Of a DNA stretch of 64,000 bases, positions 62,938-64,000 are shown one piece after another. Position numbers and translations under genes: made by a program. The stretch is from Hemiscyllium ocellatum (taxonomy: Eukaryota). The first letter of the stretch is position 1. Each line of letters begins with the position of its first letter. The stretch lies in contig NC_083425.1 in assembly GCF_020745735.1 (NCBI RefSeq), positions 30,863,575 to 30,927,574 of the forward strand, in the 5' to 3' direction. The notes under the pieces are model-generated. The model saw only the letters and a program-made list of their open reading frames with translations. It was not told the DNA's origin and made no database searches.

Positions 62938-63065
62938 AAAAAATGAAGATCCTGTAAATCAGAAACAAAAGCAGAAATTACTGGAAAAGCTCAGCAGGTA
63001 TGGCACCATCTGTGAAGAGAAATCATAGTTAACGTTTCGGGTCCAGAAACCCTTCCTCAGAACCG
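62938..63065 (-). mobile_element. Penelope family C terminal repeat with intact hammerhead
   Basis: aatcagaaacaaaagcagaaattactggaaaagctcagcagg...gttaacgtttcgggtcc. Confidence 0.8.
63028..63063 (-). ncRNA. Minimal type-I hammerhead ribozyme motif (family C), all stems intact
   Basis: Minus strand gtt-CTGAGGA-a-gggt-ttctgg-accc-GAAA-cgtt-aac: stem I gtt/aac, stem II gggt/accc, ACGT palindrome and GUU triplet. Confidence 0.8.
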
Positions 63066-63114
63066 GAGTTATTCCTCAGGAAAAAAGACGTCTAAGACAG
63101 GTTTCCAGCAGAGC

Positions 63115-63395
63115 ACTAAATAATACTGCGAACTGCAATGATGGAAATTCAAAACAAAGTCAGAAACTTCAAGAGAAACTCAACAGGTCTGGCAGCACCT
63201 GTGGAGAGAAAGCAGAGTTAACATTTTGAGTCCAGTGACCTTTCTTTATCTGGAAGAGGTTTAACTGCCTGGAAATGACTTGCTTTCCTGAAAGACAAAT
63301 GAATTGATGAAGAAGGGTCACCAGACTTGAAATGTTAATGCTGTTTTCTCTCTACAAGTGCTACCAAACCTTCTCTAGCAATTTTGTTTGTTATT
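63115..63395. mobile_element. Fold-back pair of family C terminal repeats
   Basis: A (-) arm at about 63115-63250 and a (+) arm at about 63305-63395 (gaagaagggtcaccagacttgaaatgttaa) surround a spacer of about 55 bp. Confidence 0.7.
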
Positions 63396-63665
63396 CCTGA
63401 AGGGCAAGTAATTTTCCAGAGGCAAAATCTCCCTTCAAGGACAAGTTCTTTGACATGACCTGGCTCTTTGCAGCACCACTTCTGCCTTGTGGAATCCAAG
63501 ATTACAAGGCAAGTCACATTGTTTTCAATTAATGTAGTGACCTTTGAAATGGACTACAAAATAGAGACTTGAAAAGCCTGAGCGGGGTTTCCTGACATTT
63601 TTTTGATTGTGTGGCTGATGGATGGTTTATTTATTTCAAAAACCTGATTGCCCTTTCAAAATAAA

Positions 63666-63923
63666 GGCAGCATAATGGCTTAATGGTTAGCACTGTTGCC
63701 TCACTGTGCCAGGGACCCAGGTTTGAATTCAGCCTTCGGTGACTGTCTGTATGAACATTCGTTCTGTGTCTGTGTCCAGTTGAAAGATGTGCAGGTTAGA
63801 TGGAATGGCCATGAGAAGTGTAATATTATGGGGACAGGGTAGTGGTGGTGGGATGCTCTTCAGAGGACTGGTGTAGATTTGGTTGGCCGAATGAGCTCTA
63901 TCTGCACTGCAGGGATTCTATGA
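63666..63923 (+). mobile_element. HE1 SINE, diverged and internally deleted
   Basis: ggcagcataatggcttaatggttagcactgttgcctcac...gatgtgcaggttag...gggattctatgat. Confidence 0.8.
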
Positions 63924-64000
63924 TCCAACTGTGCATTTGTCATTATAGCTGTGCTGTTCAGTTTCCTCCCACCATGATTATTCATAGCAGCAGTGGGGTT

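Overview
Vertebrate nuclear DNA, most likely a cartilaginous fish (shark). This is inferred from abundant HE1-type tRNA-derived SINEs, CR1/HER1-like LINEs and typical elasmobranch Penelope-like elements. The window appears to lie inside one large minus-strand gene, MGAT5B (GnT-Vb/GnT-IX). I found two coding exons: 30145-29981 (165 bp) and 20270-20101 (170 bp). The rest is intron packed with nested mobile elements: a near-intact 5'-truncated Penelope element (RT plus GIY-YIG), a decayed two-LTR Gypsy provirus and a solo LTR with 5-bp TSDs, Harbinger and hAT-Charlie/Buster transposase relics, Rex1/Babar tails, many CR1 fragments, about 15 HE1 SINEs, and a CpG-decayed tRNA-Lys(CTT) pseudogene. 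The most notable non-coding signal is more than a dozen minimal type-I hammerhead ribozyme motifs in three sequence families with co-varying stems. They sit on Penelope terminal repeats that also occur as short stand-alone inserts and fold-back cassettes. Family assignments rest on recalled motifs, not database searches. Repeat boundaries are approximate unless a TSD is quoted.
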